Assembly (NCBI RefSeq): GCF_009914755.1
Contig: NC_060943.1
Strand: one strand, 5' to 3'
Length of the DNA: 64,000 nt
Source of the DNA: the human T2T-CHM13v2.0 reference genome, Homo sapiens
Positions within the stretch are counted from its first letter, which is position 1. Each line of letters begins with the position of its first letter. Both the position numbers and the translations under genes were made by a program. This document shows positions 26,811-40,320 of this stretch, one piece after another. Below the pieces are notes generated by a model. The model did not search any database, was not told the origin of the DNA, and saw only the letters and a program-made list of their open reading frames with translations.

Positions 26811-29800
26811 TTCATATTATGCTAGACAGAAGAATTCTCAGTAACTTCCTTGTATTGTGTGTATTCAACTCACAGAGTTGAACGATCCTTTACAGAGAGC
26901 AGACTTGAAACACTCTTTTTGTGGAATTTGCAAGTGGAGATTTCCGCCGCTTTGAGGTCAATGGTAGAATAGGAAATATCTTCCTATAGAAACTAGACAG
27001 AATGATTGTCAGAAACTCCTTTGTGATGTGTGCGTTCAACTCACAGAGTTTAACCTTTCTTATCATAGAGCAGTTAGGAAACACTCTGTTTGTAACGTCT
27101 GCAAGTGGAAATTCAGACATCTTTGAGGCTTTCGTTGGAAACGGGATTTCTTCATATTCTGCTATACAGAAGAATTCTCAGAAACTTCCTTGTGTTATGT
27201 GTCTTCAACTCACAGAGCTGAACGATGCTTTACACAGAGTAGACATGAAACACACTTTTTGTGGAATTTGCAAGTGGAGATTTCAGCCGCTTTGAGGTCA
27301 AAGGTAGAAAAGGAAATATCTTCGTATAAAAACTAGACAGAATGATTCTCAGAAACTCCTTTGTGATGTGTGCGTTCAACTCACAGAGTTTAACCTTTCT
27401 TTCAATAGAGCAGTTAGGAAACACTCTGTTTGTAAAGTCTGCAAGTGGATATTCAGACCTCTTGGAGGCCTTCGTTGGAAACGGGATTTCTTCATATTCT
27501 GCTAGAGAGAAGAATTCTCAGTAACTTCCTTGTGTTGTGTGTATTCAACTCACAGAGTTCAACGATCCTTTACACAGAGCAGACTTGAAGCACTCTTTTT
27601 GTGGAATTTGCAAGTGGAGATTTCAGCCGCTTTGAGGTCAATGGTAGAATAGGAAATATCTTCCTATAGAAACTAGACAGAATGATTCTCAGAAACTCCT
27701 TTGTGATGTGTGCGTTCAACTCACAGAGTTTAACCTTTCTTTTCATAGAGCAGTTAGGAAACACTCTGTTTGTAAAGTCTGCAAGTGGATATTCAGACCT
27801 GCTTGAGGCCTTCCTTGGAAACGGGATTTCTTCATATTATGCTAGACAGAAGAATTCTCAGTAACTTCCTTGTGTTGTGTGTACTCAACTCACAGAGTTC
27901 AACGATCCTTTACACAGAGCAGACTTCAAACACTCTTTTTGTGGAATTTGCAAGTGGAGATTTCAGCCGCTTTGAGGTCAATGGTAGAATAGGAAATATC
28001 TTCCTATAGAAACTAGACAGAATGATTCTCAGAAACTCCTTTGTGATGTGTGCGTTCAACTCACAGAGTTTAACCTTTCTTTTCATAGAGCAGTTAGGAA
28101 ACACTCTGTTTGTAAAGTCTGCAAGTGGATATTCAGACTTCTTTGAGGCTTTCGTTGGAAACGGGATTTCTTCATATTCTGCTATACAGAAGAATTCTCA
28201 GAAACTTCCTTGTGTTGTGTGTTTTCAACTCACAGAGTTGAACGATGCTTTACAGAGAGTAGACTTGAAACACTCTTTTTGTGGAATTTGCAAGTGGAGA
28301 TTTCAGCCGCTTTGAGGTCAATGGTAGAATAGGAAATATCTTCCTATAGAAACTAGACAGAATGATTCTCAGAAACTCCTTTGTGATGTGTGCGTTCAAC
28401 TCACAGAGTTTAACCTTTCTTTTCATAGAGCAGTTAGGAAACACTCTGTTTGTGAAGTCTGCAAGTGGATATTCAGACCTCCTTGAGGCCTTCGTTGGAA
28501 ACGGGATTTCTTCATATTATGCTAGACAGAAGAATTCTCAGTAACTTCCTTGTATTGTGAGTATTCAACTCACAGAGTTGAACGATCCTTTACACAGAGC
28601 AGACTTGAAACACTCTTTTTGTGGAATTTGCAAGTGGAGATTTCAGCCGCTTTGAGGTCAATGGTAGAATAGGAAATATCTTCCTATAGAAACTAGACAG
28701 AATGATTCTCAGAAACTCCTTTGTGATGTGTGCGTTCAACTCACAGAGTTTAACCTTTGTTTTCATAGAGCAGTTAGGAAACACTCTGTTTGTAAAGTCT
28801 GCAAGTGGATATTCAGACCTCCTTGAGGCCTTCGTTGGAAACGGGATTTCTTCATATTATGCCAAACAGAAGAATTCTCAGTAACTTCCTTGTGTTGTGT
28901 GTATTCAACTCACAGAGTTGAACGATCCTTTACACAGAGCATACTTGAAATACTCTTCTTGTGGAATTTGCAAGTGGAGATTTCAGCCACTTTGAGGTCA
29001 ATTGTAGAATAGGAAATATCTTCCTATAGAAACTAGACAGAATGATTCTCAGAAACTCCTTTGTGATGTGTGCGTTCAACTCACAGAGTTCAACCTTTCT
29101 TTTCATAGAGCAGTTAGGAAACACTCTGTTTGTAAAGTCTGCAAGTGGATATTCAGACCTGCTTGAGGCCTTCTTTGGAAACGGGATTTCTTCTTATTAT
29201 GCTAGACAGAAGAATTCTCAGTAACTTCCTTGTGTTGTGTGTATTCAACTCACAGAGTTGAACGATCCTTTACACAGAGCAGACTTGAAACACTCTTTTT
29301 GTGGAATTTGCAAATGGAGATTTCAGCCGCTTTGAGGTCTATGGTAGAATAGGAAATATCTTCCTATAGAAACTAGACAGAAGGATTCTCAGAAACTCCT
29401 TTGTGATGTGTGCGTTCAACTCAGAGAGTTTAACCTTTCTTTTCATAGAGCAGTTAGGAAACACTCTGTTTGTAAAGTCTGCAAGTGGATATTCAGACAT
29501 CTTTGAGGCTTTCGTTGGAAACGGGATTTCTTCATATTCTGCTATACAGAAGAATTCTCAGTAACTTCCTTGTGTTGTGTGTATTCAACTCACAGATTTG
29601 AACGATCCTTTAGACAGAGCAGACTTGAAACACTCTTTTTGTGGAATTTGCAAGTGGAGATTTCAGCCGCTTTGAGGTCAATGGTAGAATAGGAAATATC
29701 TTCCTATAGAAACTAGACAGAATGATTCTCAGAAACTCCTTTGTGATGTGTGCGTTCAACTCACAGAGTTTAACCTTTCTTTTCATAGAGCAGTTAGGAA

Positions 29801-30799
29801 ACACTCTGTTTGTAATGTCTGCAAGTGGATATTCAGACATCTTTGAGGCTTTCGTTGTAAACGGGATTTCTTCATATTCTGCTATACAGAAGAATTCTCA
29901 GAAACTTCCTTGTGTTGTGTGTTTTCAACTCCCAGAGTTGAACGATGCCTTACACAGAGTAGACTTGAAAAACTCTTTTTGTGGAATTTGCAAGTGGAGA
30001 TTTCAGGCGCTTTGAGGTCAATGGTAGAAAAGGAAATATCTTCGTATAAAAACTAGACAGAATGATTCTCAGAAACTCCTTTGTGATGTGTGCGTTCAAC
30101 TCACAGAGTTTAACCTTTCTGTTCATAGAGCAATTGGGAAACACTCTGTTTGTAAAGTCTGCAAGTGGATATTCAGACCTCTTTGAGGCCTTCGTTGGAA
30201 ACGGGATTTCTTCATATTCTGCTAGACAGAAGAATTCTCAGTAACTTCCTTGTGTTGTGTGTATTCAACTCACAGAGTTGAATGATCCTTTACACAGAAC
30301 AGACTTGAAACACTCTTTTTGTGGAATTTGCAAGTGGAGATTTCAGCCGCTTTGAGGTCGACGGTAGAATAGGGAATATCTTCCTATAGAAACTAGACAG
30401 AATGATTCTCAGAAACTCCTTTGTGATGTGTGCGTTCAACTCACAGAGTTTAACCTTTCTTTTCAGAGAGCAGTTAGGAAACACTCTGTTTGTAAAGTCT
30501 GCAAGTGGATATTCAGACCTCCTTGAGGCCTTCGTTGGAAACGGGATTTCTTCATATTATGCTAGACAGAAGAATTCTCAGTAACTTCCTTGTATTGTGT
30601 GTATTCAACTCACAGAGTTGAACGATCCTTTACACAGAACAGACTTGAAACACTCTTTTTGTGGAATTTGCAAGTGGAGATTTCAGCCGCTTTGAGGTCA
30701 ATGGTAGAATAGGAAATATCTTCCTATAGAAACTAGACAGAATGATTCTCAGAAACTCCTTTGTGATGTGTGCGTTCAACTCACAGAGTTTAACCTTTC

Positions 30800-33700
30800 T
30801 TTTCATAGAGCAGTTAGGAAACACTCTGTTTGTAATGTCTGCAAGTGGATATTCAGACATATTTGAGGCTTTCGTTGTAAACGGGATTTCTTCATATTCT
30901 GCTATACAGAAGAATTCTCAGAAACTTCCTTGTGTTGTGTGTTTTCAACTCACAGAGTTGAACGATGCTTTACACAGAGTAGACTTCAAAAACTCTTTTT
31001 GTGGAATTTGCAAGTGGAGATTTCAGGCGCTTTGAGGTCAATGGTAGAAAAGGAAATATCTTCGTATAAAAACTAGACAGAATGATTCTCAGAAACTCCT
31101 TTGTGATGTGTGCGTTCAACTCACAGAGTTTAACCTTTCTTTTCAGAGAGCAGTTAGGAAACACTCTGTTTGTAAAGTCTGCAAGTGGATATTCAGACCT
31201 CTTCGAGGCCTTCGTTGGAAACGGGATTTCTTCATATTCTGCTAGAGAGAAGAATTCTCAGTAACTTCCTTGTGTTGTGTGTATTCAACTCACAGAGTTG
31301 AACGATCCTTTACACAGAGCAGAATTGAAACACTCTTTTTGTGGAATTTGCAAGTAGAGATTTCAGCCGATTTGAGGTCAATGGTAGAAAAGGAAATATC
31401 TTCGTATAGAAACTAGACAGAATGATTCTCAGAAACTCCTTTGTGATGTGTGCGTTCAACTCACAGAGTTTAACCTTTCTGTTCATAGAGCAATTGGGAA
31501 ACACTCTGTTTGTAAAGTCTGCATGTGGATATTCAGACCTCTTTGAGGCCTTCGTTGGAAAGGGGATTTCTTCATCTTCTGCTAGACAGAAGAATTCTCA
31601 GTAACTTCCTTGTGTTGTCTGTATTCAACTCACAGAGTTCAACGATTTTTACACAGAGCAGACTTGAAACAGTCTTTTTGTGGAATTTGAAAGTGGAGAT
31701 TTCAGCCGCTTTGAGGTCAATTGTAGAAAAGGAAATATCTTCGTATAAAAACTGGACAGAATGATTCTCAGAAACTCCTTTGTGATGTGTGCGTTCAACT
31801 CACAGAGTTTAAACTTTCTTTTCATAGAGCAGTTAGGAAACACTCTGTTTGTAAAGTCTGCAAGTGGATATTCAGACCTCCTTGAGGCCTTCGTTGGAAA
31901 TGGGATTTCTTCATATTATGCTAGACAGAAGAATTCTCAGTAACTTCCTTCTATTCTGTGTATTCAACTCACAGAGTTGAACGATCCTTTACACAGAGCA
32001 GACTTGAAACGCTCTTTTGGTGGAATTGGCAAGTGGAGATTTCAGCCGCTTTGAGATCAATGGTAGAATAGGAAATATATTCCTATGGAAAGTAGAGAGA
32101 ATGATTCTCAGAAACTCCTTTGTGATGTGTGCGTTCAACTCACAGAGTTTAACCTTTCTTTTCATAGAGCAGTTAGGAAACACTCTGTTTGTAAAGTCTG
32201 CAAGTGGATACTCAGACCTCTTTGAGGCCTTCGTTGGAAACGGGATTTCTTCATATTATGCTAGACAGAAGAATACTCAGTAACTTCCTTGTGTTGTGTG
32301 TATTCAACTCACAGAGTTCAACGATCCTTTACACAGAGCAGACTTGAAACACTCTTTTTGTGGAATTTGCAAGTGGAGATTTCAGCCGCTTTGAGGTCAA
32401 TGGTAGAATAGGAAATATCTTCGTATAGAAACTAGACAGAATGATTGTCAGAAACTCCTTTGTGATGTGTGCGTTCAACTCACAGAGTTTAACCTTTCTT
32501 TTCATAGAGCAGTTAGGAAACACTCTGTTTGTAAAGTCTGCAAGTGGATATTCAGACCTCCTTGAGGCCTTCGTTGGAAACGGGATTTCTTCATATTATG
32601 CTAGACAGAAGAATTCTCAGAAACTTCCTTGTGTTGTGTGTTTTCAACTCACAGAGTACAACGATCCTTTACACAGAGTAGACTTGAAACACTCTTTTTG
32701 TGGAATTGGCAAGTGGAGATTTCAGCCGCTTTGAGGTCAATGGTAGAAAAGGCAATATCTTCGTATAAAAACTAGACAGAGTGATTCTCAGAAACTTCTT
32801 TGTGATGTCTGCGTTCAACTCACAGAGTTTAACCTTTCTTTTCATAGAGCAGTTAGGAAACACTCTGTTTGTAAAGTCTGCAAGTGGATAGTCAGACCTC
32901 CTTGAGGCCTTCGTTGGAAACGGGATTTCTTCATATTCTGCTATACAGAAGAATTCTCAGTAACTTCCTTTTGTTGTGTGTATTCAACTCACAGAGTTGA
33001 ACGATCGTTTACACAGAACAGATTAGAAACACTCTTTTTGTGGAATTTGCAAGTGGAGATTTCAGCCGCTTTGAGGTCAATGGTAGAATAGGAAATATCT
33101 TCCTATAGAAACTAGACAGACTGATTCTCAGAAACTCCTTTGTGATGTGTGCGTTCAACTCACAGAGTTTAACCTTTCTTTTCATAGAGCAGTTAGGAAA
33201 CACTCTGTTTGTAAAGTCTGCAAGTGGATATTCAGACATCTTTGAGGCTTTCGTTGGAAACGGGGTTTCTTCATATTCTGCTATAGAGAAGAATTCTCAG
33301 AAACTTCCTTGTGTTGTGTGTTTTCAACTCACAGAGTTGAACGATGCTTTACACAGAGTAGACTTGAAACACTCTTTTTGTGGAATTTGCAAGTGGAGAT
33401 TTCAGCCGCTTTGACGTCAATGGTAGAAAAGGAAATATCTTCGTATAAAAACTAGACAGAATGATTCTCAGAAACTCCTTTGTGATGTGTGCGTTCAACT
33501 CACAGAGTTTAACCTTTCTTTTCATACAGCAGTTAGGAAACACTCTGTTTCTAAAGTCTGCAAGTGGATATTCAGACCTCCTTGAGGCCTTCGTTGGAAA
33601 CGGGATTTCTTCATATTATGCTAGACAGAAGAATTCTCAGTAACTTCCTTGTGTTGTGTGTATTCAACTCACAGAGTTGAACGATCCTTTCAACAGAGCA

Positions 33701-36700
33701 GATTTGAAACACTCTTTTTATGGAATTTGCAAGTGGAGATTTCAGCCGCTTTGAGGTCAATGGTAGAATAGGAAATATCTTCCTATAGAAACTAGACAGA
33801 ATGATTCTCAGAAACTCCTTTGTGATGTGCGCGTTCAACTCACAGAGTTTAACCTTTCTTTTCATAGAGCAGTTAGGAAACACTCTGTTTGTAAAGTCTG
33901 CAAGTGGATATTCAGACCTCCCTGAGGCCTTCGTTAGAAACGGGATTTCTTCATATTATGCTAGACAGAAGAATTCTCAGTAACTTCCTTGTGTTGTGTG
34001 TATTCAACTCACAGAGTTGAACGATCCTTTACACAGAGCATACTTGAAACACTCTTGTTGTGCAATTTGCAAGTGGAGATTTCAGCCGCTTTGAGGTCAA
34101 TGGTAGAATAGGAAATATCTTCCTATAGAAACTAGACAGAATGATTCTCAGAAACTCCTTTGTGATGTGTGCGTTCAACTCACAGAGTTTAACCTTTCTT
34201 TACATAGAGGAGTTAGGAAACACTCTGTTTGTAAAGTCTGCAAATGGATATTCAGACCTCCTTGAGGCCTTCTTTGGAAACGGGATTTCTTCATATTATG
34301 CTAGACAGAAGAATTCTCTGTAACTTCCTTGTGTTGTGTGTATTCAACTCACAGAGTTGAACGATCCTTTACACAGAGCAGACTTGAAACACTCTTTTTG
34401 TGGAATTTGCAAGTGGAGATTTCAGCCGCTTTGAGGTCAATGGTAGAATAGGAAATATCTTCCTATAGAAACTAGACAGAATGATTGTCAGAAACTCCTT
34501 TGTGATGTGTGCGTTCAACTCACAGAGTTTAACCTTTCTTTTCATAGAGCAGTTAGGAAACACTCTGTTTGTAAAGTCTGCAAGTGGATATTCAGACCTC
34601 CTTGAGGCCTTCGTTGGAAACGGGATTTCTTCATATTCTGCTAGACAGAAGAATTCTCAGAAACTTCCTTGTATTGTGTGTATTCAACTCACAGAGTTGA
34701 ACGATCCTTTACACAGAGCAGACTTGAAACACTCTTTTTGTGGAATTTGCAAGTGGAGATTTCAGCCGCTTTGAGGTCAATGGTAGAATAGGAAATATCT
34801 TCCTATAGAAACTAGACAGAATGATTCTCAGAAACTCCTTTGTGATGTGTGCGTTCAACTCACAGATTTTAACTTTTCTTTTCATAGAGCAGTTAGGAAA
34901 CACTCTGTTTGTAAAGTCTGCAAGTGGATATTCAGACATCTTTGAGGCTTTCGTTGGAAACGGGTTTTCTTCATATTCTGCTATACAGAAGAATTCTCAG
35001 AAACTTCCTTGTGTTGTGTGTCTTCAACTCACAGAGTTGAACGATGCTTTACACAGAGCAGACTTGAAACACTCTATTTGTGGAATTTGCAAGTGGAGAT
35101 TTCAGCCGCTTTGAGGTCAATGGTAGAATAGGAAATATCTTCTTATAGAAACTAGACAGAATGATTCTCAGAAACTCCTTTGTGATGTGTGCGTTCAACT
35201 CACAGAGTTTAACTTTTCTTTTCATAGAGCAGTTAGGAAACACTCTGTTTGTAAAGTCTGCAAGTGGATATTCAGACCTCCTTGAGGCCTTCGTTGGAAA
35301 CGGGATTTCTTCATATTATGCTAGACAGAAGAATTCTCAGTAACTTCCTTGTGTTGTGTGTATTCAACTCACAGAGTTGAACGATCCTTTACACAGAGCA
35401 GACTTGAAACACTCTTTTTGTGGAATTTGCAAGTGGAGATTTCAGCCGCTTTGAGGTCAATGGTAGAATAGGAAATATCTTCCTATAGAAACTAGACAGA
35501 CTGATTCTCAGAAACTCCTTTGTGATGTGTGCGTTCAACTCACAGAGTTTAACCATTCTTTTCATAGAGCAGTTAGGAAACACTCTGTTTGTAATGTCTG
35601 CAAGTGGATATTCAGACATATTTGAGGCTTTCGTTGTAAACGGGATTTCTTCATATTCTGCTATACAGAAGAATTCTCAGAAACTTCCTTGTGTTGTGTG
35701 TTTTCAACTCACAGAGTTGAACGATGCTTTACACAGAGTAGACTTCAAAAACTCTTTTTGTGGAATTTGCAAGTGGAGATTTCAGGCGCTTTGAGGTCAA
35801 TGGTAGAAAAGGAAATATCTTCGTATAAAAACTAGACAGAATGATTCTCAGAAACTCCTTTGTGATGTGTGCGTTCAACTCACAGAGTTTAACCTTTCTT
35901 TTCAGAGAGCAGTTAGGAAACACTCTGTTTGTAAAGTCTGCAAGTGGATATTCAGACCTCTTCGAGGCCTTCGTTGGAAACGGGATTTCTTCATATTCTG
36001 CTAGAGAGAAGAATTCTCAGTAACTTCCTTGTGTTGTGTGTATTCAACTCACAGAGTTGAACGATCCTTTACACAGAGCAGAATTGAAACACTCTTTTTG
36101 TGGAATTTGCAAGTAGAGATTTCAGCCGATTTGAGGTCAATGGTAGAAAAGGAAATATCTTCGTATAGAAACTAGACAGAATGATTCTCAGAAACTCCTT
36201 TGTGATGTGTGCGTTCAACTCACAGAGTTTAACCTTTCTGTTCATAGAGCAATTGGGAAACACTCTGTTTGTAAAGTCTGCATGTGGATATTCAGACCTC
36301 TTTGAGGCCTTCGTTGGAAAGGGGATTTCTTCATCTTCTGCTAGACAGAAGAATTCTCAGTAACTTCCTTGTGTTGTCTGTATTCAACTCACAGAGTTCA
36401 ACGATTTTTACACAGAGCAGACTTGAAACAGTCTTTTTGTGGAATTTGAAAGTGGAGATTTCAGCCGCTTTGAGGTCAATTGTAGAAAAGGAAATATCTT
36501 CGTATAAAAACTGGACAGAATGATTCTCAGAAACTCCTTTGTGATGTGTGCGTTCAACTCACAGAGTTTAAACTTTCTTTTCATAGAGCAGTTAGGAAAC
36601 ACTCTGTTTGTAAAGTCTGCAAGTGGATATTCAGACCTCCTTGAGGCCTTCGTTGGAAATGGGATTTCTTCATATTATGCTAGACAGAAGAATTCTCAGT

Positions 36701-39700
36701 AACTTCCTTCTATTCTGTGTATTCAACTCACAGAGTTGAACGATCCTTTACACAGAGCAGACTTGAAACGCTCTTTTGGTGGAATTGGCAAGTGGAGATT
36801 TCAGCCGCTTTGAGATCAATGGTAGAATAGGAAATATATTCCTATGGAAAGTAGAGAGAATGATTCTCAGAAACTCCTTTGTGATGTGTGCGTTCAACTC
36901 ACAGAGTTTAACCTTTCTTTTCATAGAGCAGTTAGGAAACACTCTGTTTGTAAAGTCTGCAAGTGGATACTCAGACCTCTTTGAGGCCTTCGTTGGAAAC
37001 GGGATTTCTTCATATTATGCTAGACAGAAGAATACTCAGTAACTTCCTTGTGTTGTGTGTATTCAACTCACAGAGTTCAACGATCCTTTACACAGAGCAG
37101 ACTTGAAACACTCTTTTTGTGGAATTTGCAAGTGGAGATTTCAGCCGCTTTGAGGTCAATGGTAGAATAGGAAATATCTTCGTATAGAAACTAGACAGAA
37201 TGATTGTCAGAAACTCCTTTGTGATGTGTGCGTTCAACTCACAGAGTTTAACCTTTCTTTTCATAGAGCAGTTAGGAAACACTCTGTTTGTAAAGTCTGC
37301 AAGTGGATATTCAGACCTCCTTGAGGCCTTCGTTGGAAACGGGATTTCTTCATATTATGCTAGACAGAAGAATTCTCAGAAACTTCCTTGTGTTGTGTGT
37401 TTTCAACTCACAGAGTACAACGATCCTTTACACAGAGTAGACTTGAAACACTCTTTTTGTGGAATTGGCAAGTGGAGATTTCAGCCGCTTTGAGGTCAAT
37501 GGTAGAAAAGGCAATATCTTCGTATAAAAACTAGACAGAGTGATTCTCAGAAACTTCTTTGTGATGTCTGCGTTCAACTCACAGAGTTTAACCTTTCTTT
37601 TCATAGAGCAGTTAGGAAACACTCTGTTTGTAAAGTCTGCAAGTGGATAGTCAGACCTCCTTGAGGCCTTCGTTGGAAACGGGATTTCTTCATATTCTGC
37701 TATACAGAAGAATTCTCAGTAACTTCCTTTTGTTGTGTGTATTCAACTCACAGAGTTGAACGATCGTTTACACAGAACAGATTAGAAACACTCTTTTTGT
37801 GGAATTTGCAAGTGGAGATTTCAGCCGCTTTGAGGTCAATGGTAGAATAGGAAATATCTTCCTATAGAAACTAGACAGACTGATTCTCAGAAACTCCTTT
37901 GTGATGTGTGCGTTCAACTCACAGAGTTTAACCTTTCTTTTCATAGAGCAGTTAGGAAACACTCTGTTTGTAAAGTCTGCAAGTGGATATTCAGACATCT
38001 TTGAGGCTTTCGTTGGAAACGGGGTTTCTTCATATTCTGCTATAGAGAAGAATTCTCAGAAACTTCCTTGTGTTGTGTGTTTTCAACTCACAGAGTTGAA
38101 CGATGCTTTACACAGAGTAGACTTGAAACACTCTTTTTGTGGAATTTGCAAGTGGAGATTTCAGCCGCTTTGACGTCAATGGTAGAAAAGGAAATATCTT
38201 CGTATAAAAACTAGACAGAATGATTCTCAGAAACTCCTTTGTGATGTGTGCGTTCAACTCACAGAGTTTAACCTTTCTTTTCATACAGCAGTTAGGAAAC
38301 ACTCTGTTTCTAAAGTCTGCAAGTGGATATTCAGACCTCCTTGAGGCCTTCGTTGGAAACGGGATTTCTTCATATTATGCTAGACAGAAGAATTCTCAGT
38401 AACTTCCTTGTGTTGTGTGTATTCAACTCACAGAGTTGAACGATCCTTTCAACAGAGCAGATTTGAAACACTCTTTTTATGGAATTTGCAAGTGGAGATT
38501 TCAGCCGCTTTGAGGTCAATGGTAGAATAGGAAATATCTTCCTATAGAAACTAGACAGAATGATTCTCAGAAACTCCTTTGTGATGTGCGCGTTCAACTC
38601 ACAGAGTTTAACCTTTCTTTTCATAGAGCAGTTAGGAAACACTCTGTTTGTAAAGTCTGCAAGTGGATATTCAGACCTCCCTGAGGCCTTCGTTAGAAAC
38701 GGGATTTCTTCATATTATGCTAGACAGAAGAATTCTCAGTAACTTCCTTGTGTTGTGTGTATTCAACTCACAGAGTTGAACGATCCTTTACACAGAGCAT
38801 ACTTGAAACACTCTTGTTGTGCAATTTGCAAGTGGAGATTTCAGCCGCTTTGAGGTCAATGGTAGAATAGGAAATATCTTCCTATAGAAACTAGACAGAA
38901 TGATTCTCAGAAACTCCTTTGTGATGTGTGCGTTCAACTCACAGAGTTTAACCTTTCTTTACATAGAGGAGTTAGGAAACACTCTGTTTGTAAAGTCTGC
39001 AAATGGATATTCAGACCTCCTTGAGGCCTTCTTTGGAAACGGGATTTCTTCATATTATGCTAGACAGAAGAATTCTCTGTAACTTCCTTGTGTTGTGTGT
39101 ATTCAACTCACAGAGTTGAACGATCCTTTACACAGAGCAGACTTGAAACACTCTTTTTGTGGAATTTGCAAGTGGAGATTTCAGCCGCTTTGAGGTCAAT
39201 GGTAGAATAGGAAATATCTTCCTATAGAAACTAGACAGAATGATTGTCAGAAACTCCTTTGTGATGTGTGCGTTCAACTCACAGAGTTTAACCTTTCTTT
39301 TCATAGAGCAGTTAGGAAACACTCTGTTTGTAAAGTCTGCAAGTGGATATTCAGACCTCCTTGAGGCCTTCGTTGGAAACGGGATTTCTTCATATTCTGC
39401 TAGACAGAAGAATTCTCAGAAACTTCCTTGTATTGTGTGTATTCAACTCACAGAGTTGAACGATCCTTTACACAGAGCAGACTTGAAACACTCTTTTTGT
39501 GGAATTTGCAAGTGGAGATTTCAGCCGCTTTGAGGTCAATGGTAGAATAGGAAATATCTTCCTATAGAAACTAGACAGAATGATTCTCAGAAACTCCTTT
39601 GTGATGTGTGCGTTCAACTCACAGATTTTAACTTTTCTTTTCATAGAGCAGTTAGGAAACACTCTGTTTGTAAAGTCTGCAAGTGGATATTCAGACATCT

Positions 39701-40320
39701 TTGAGGCTTTCGTTGGAAACGGGTTTTCTTCATATTCTGCTATACAGAAGAATTCTCAGAAACTTCCTTGTGTTGTGTGTCTTCAACTCACAGAGTTGAA
39801 CGATGCTTTACACAGAGCAGACTTGAAACACTCTATTTGTGGAATTTGCAAGTGGAGATTTCAGCCGCTTTGAGGTCAATGGTAGAATAGGAAATATCTT
39901 CTTATAGAAACTAGACAGAATGATTCTCAGAAACTCCTTTGTGATGTGTGCGTTCAACTCACAGAGTTTAACTTTTCTTTTCATAGAGCAGTTAGGAAAC
40001 ACTCTGTTTGTAAAGTCTGCAAGTGGATATTCAGACCTCCTTGAGGCCTTCGTTGGAAACGGGATTTCTTCATATTATGCTAGACAGAAGAATTCTCAGT
40101 AACTTCCTTGTGTTGTGTGTATTCAACTCACAGAGTTGAACGATCCTTTACACAGAGCAGACTTGAAACACTCTTTTTGTGGAATTTGCAAGTGGAGATT
40201 TCAGCCGCTTTGAGGTCAATGGTAGAATAGGAAATATCTTCCTATAGAAACTAGACAGACTGATTCTCAGAAACTCCTTTGTGATGTGTGCGTTCAACTC
40301 ACAGAGTTTAACCTTTCTTT
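30800..40320 (+). repeat. Tandem duplication of a 4,759-bp unit (14 dimers minus 1 bp)
   Basis: ORF translations are identical at offset 4759 (30970/35729, 31525/36284, 32017/36776, 33611/38370, 35161/39920). Both copies share the 1-bp deletion (AACGATTTTTACAC, ~31646 and ~36405) and many rare SNVs. Confidence 0.93.
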
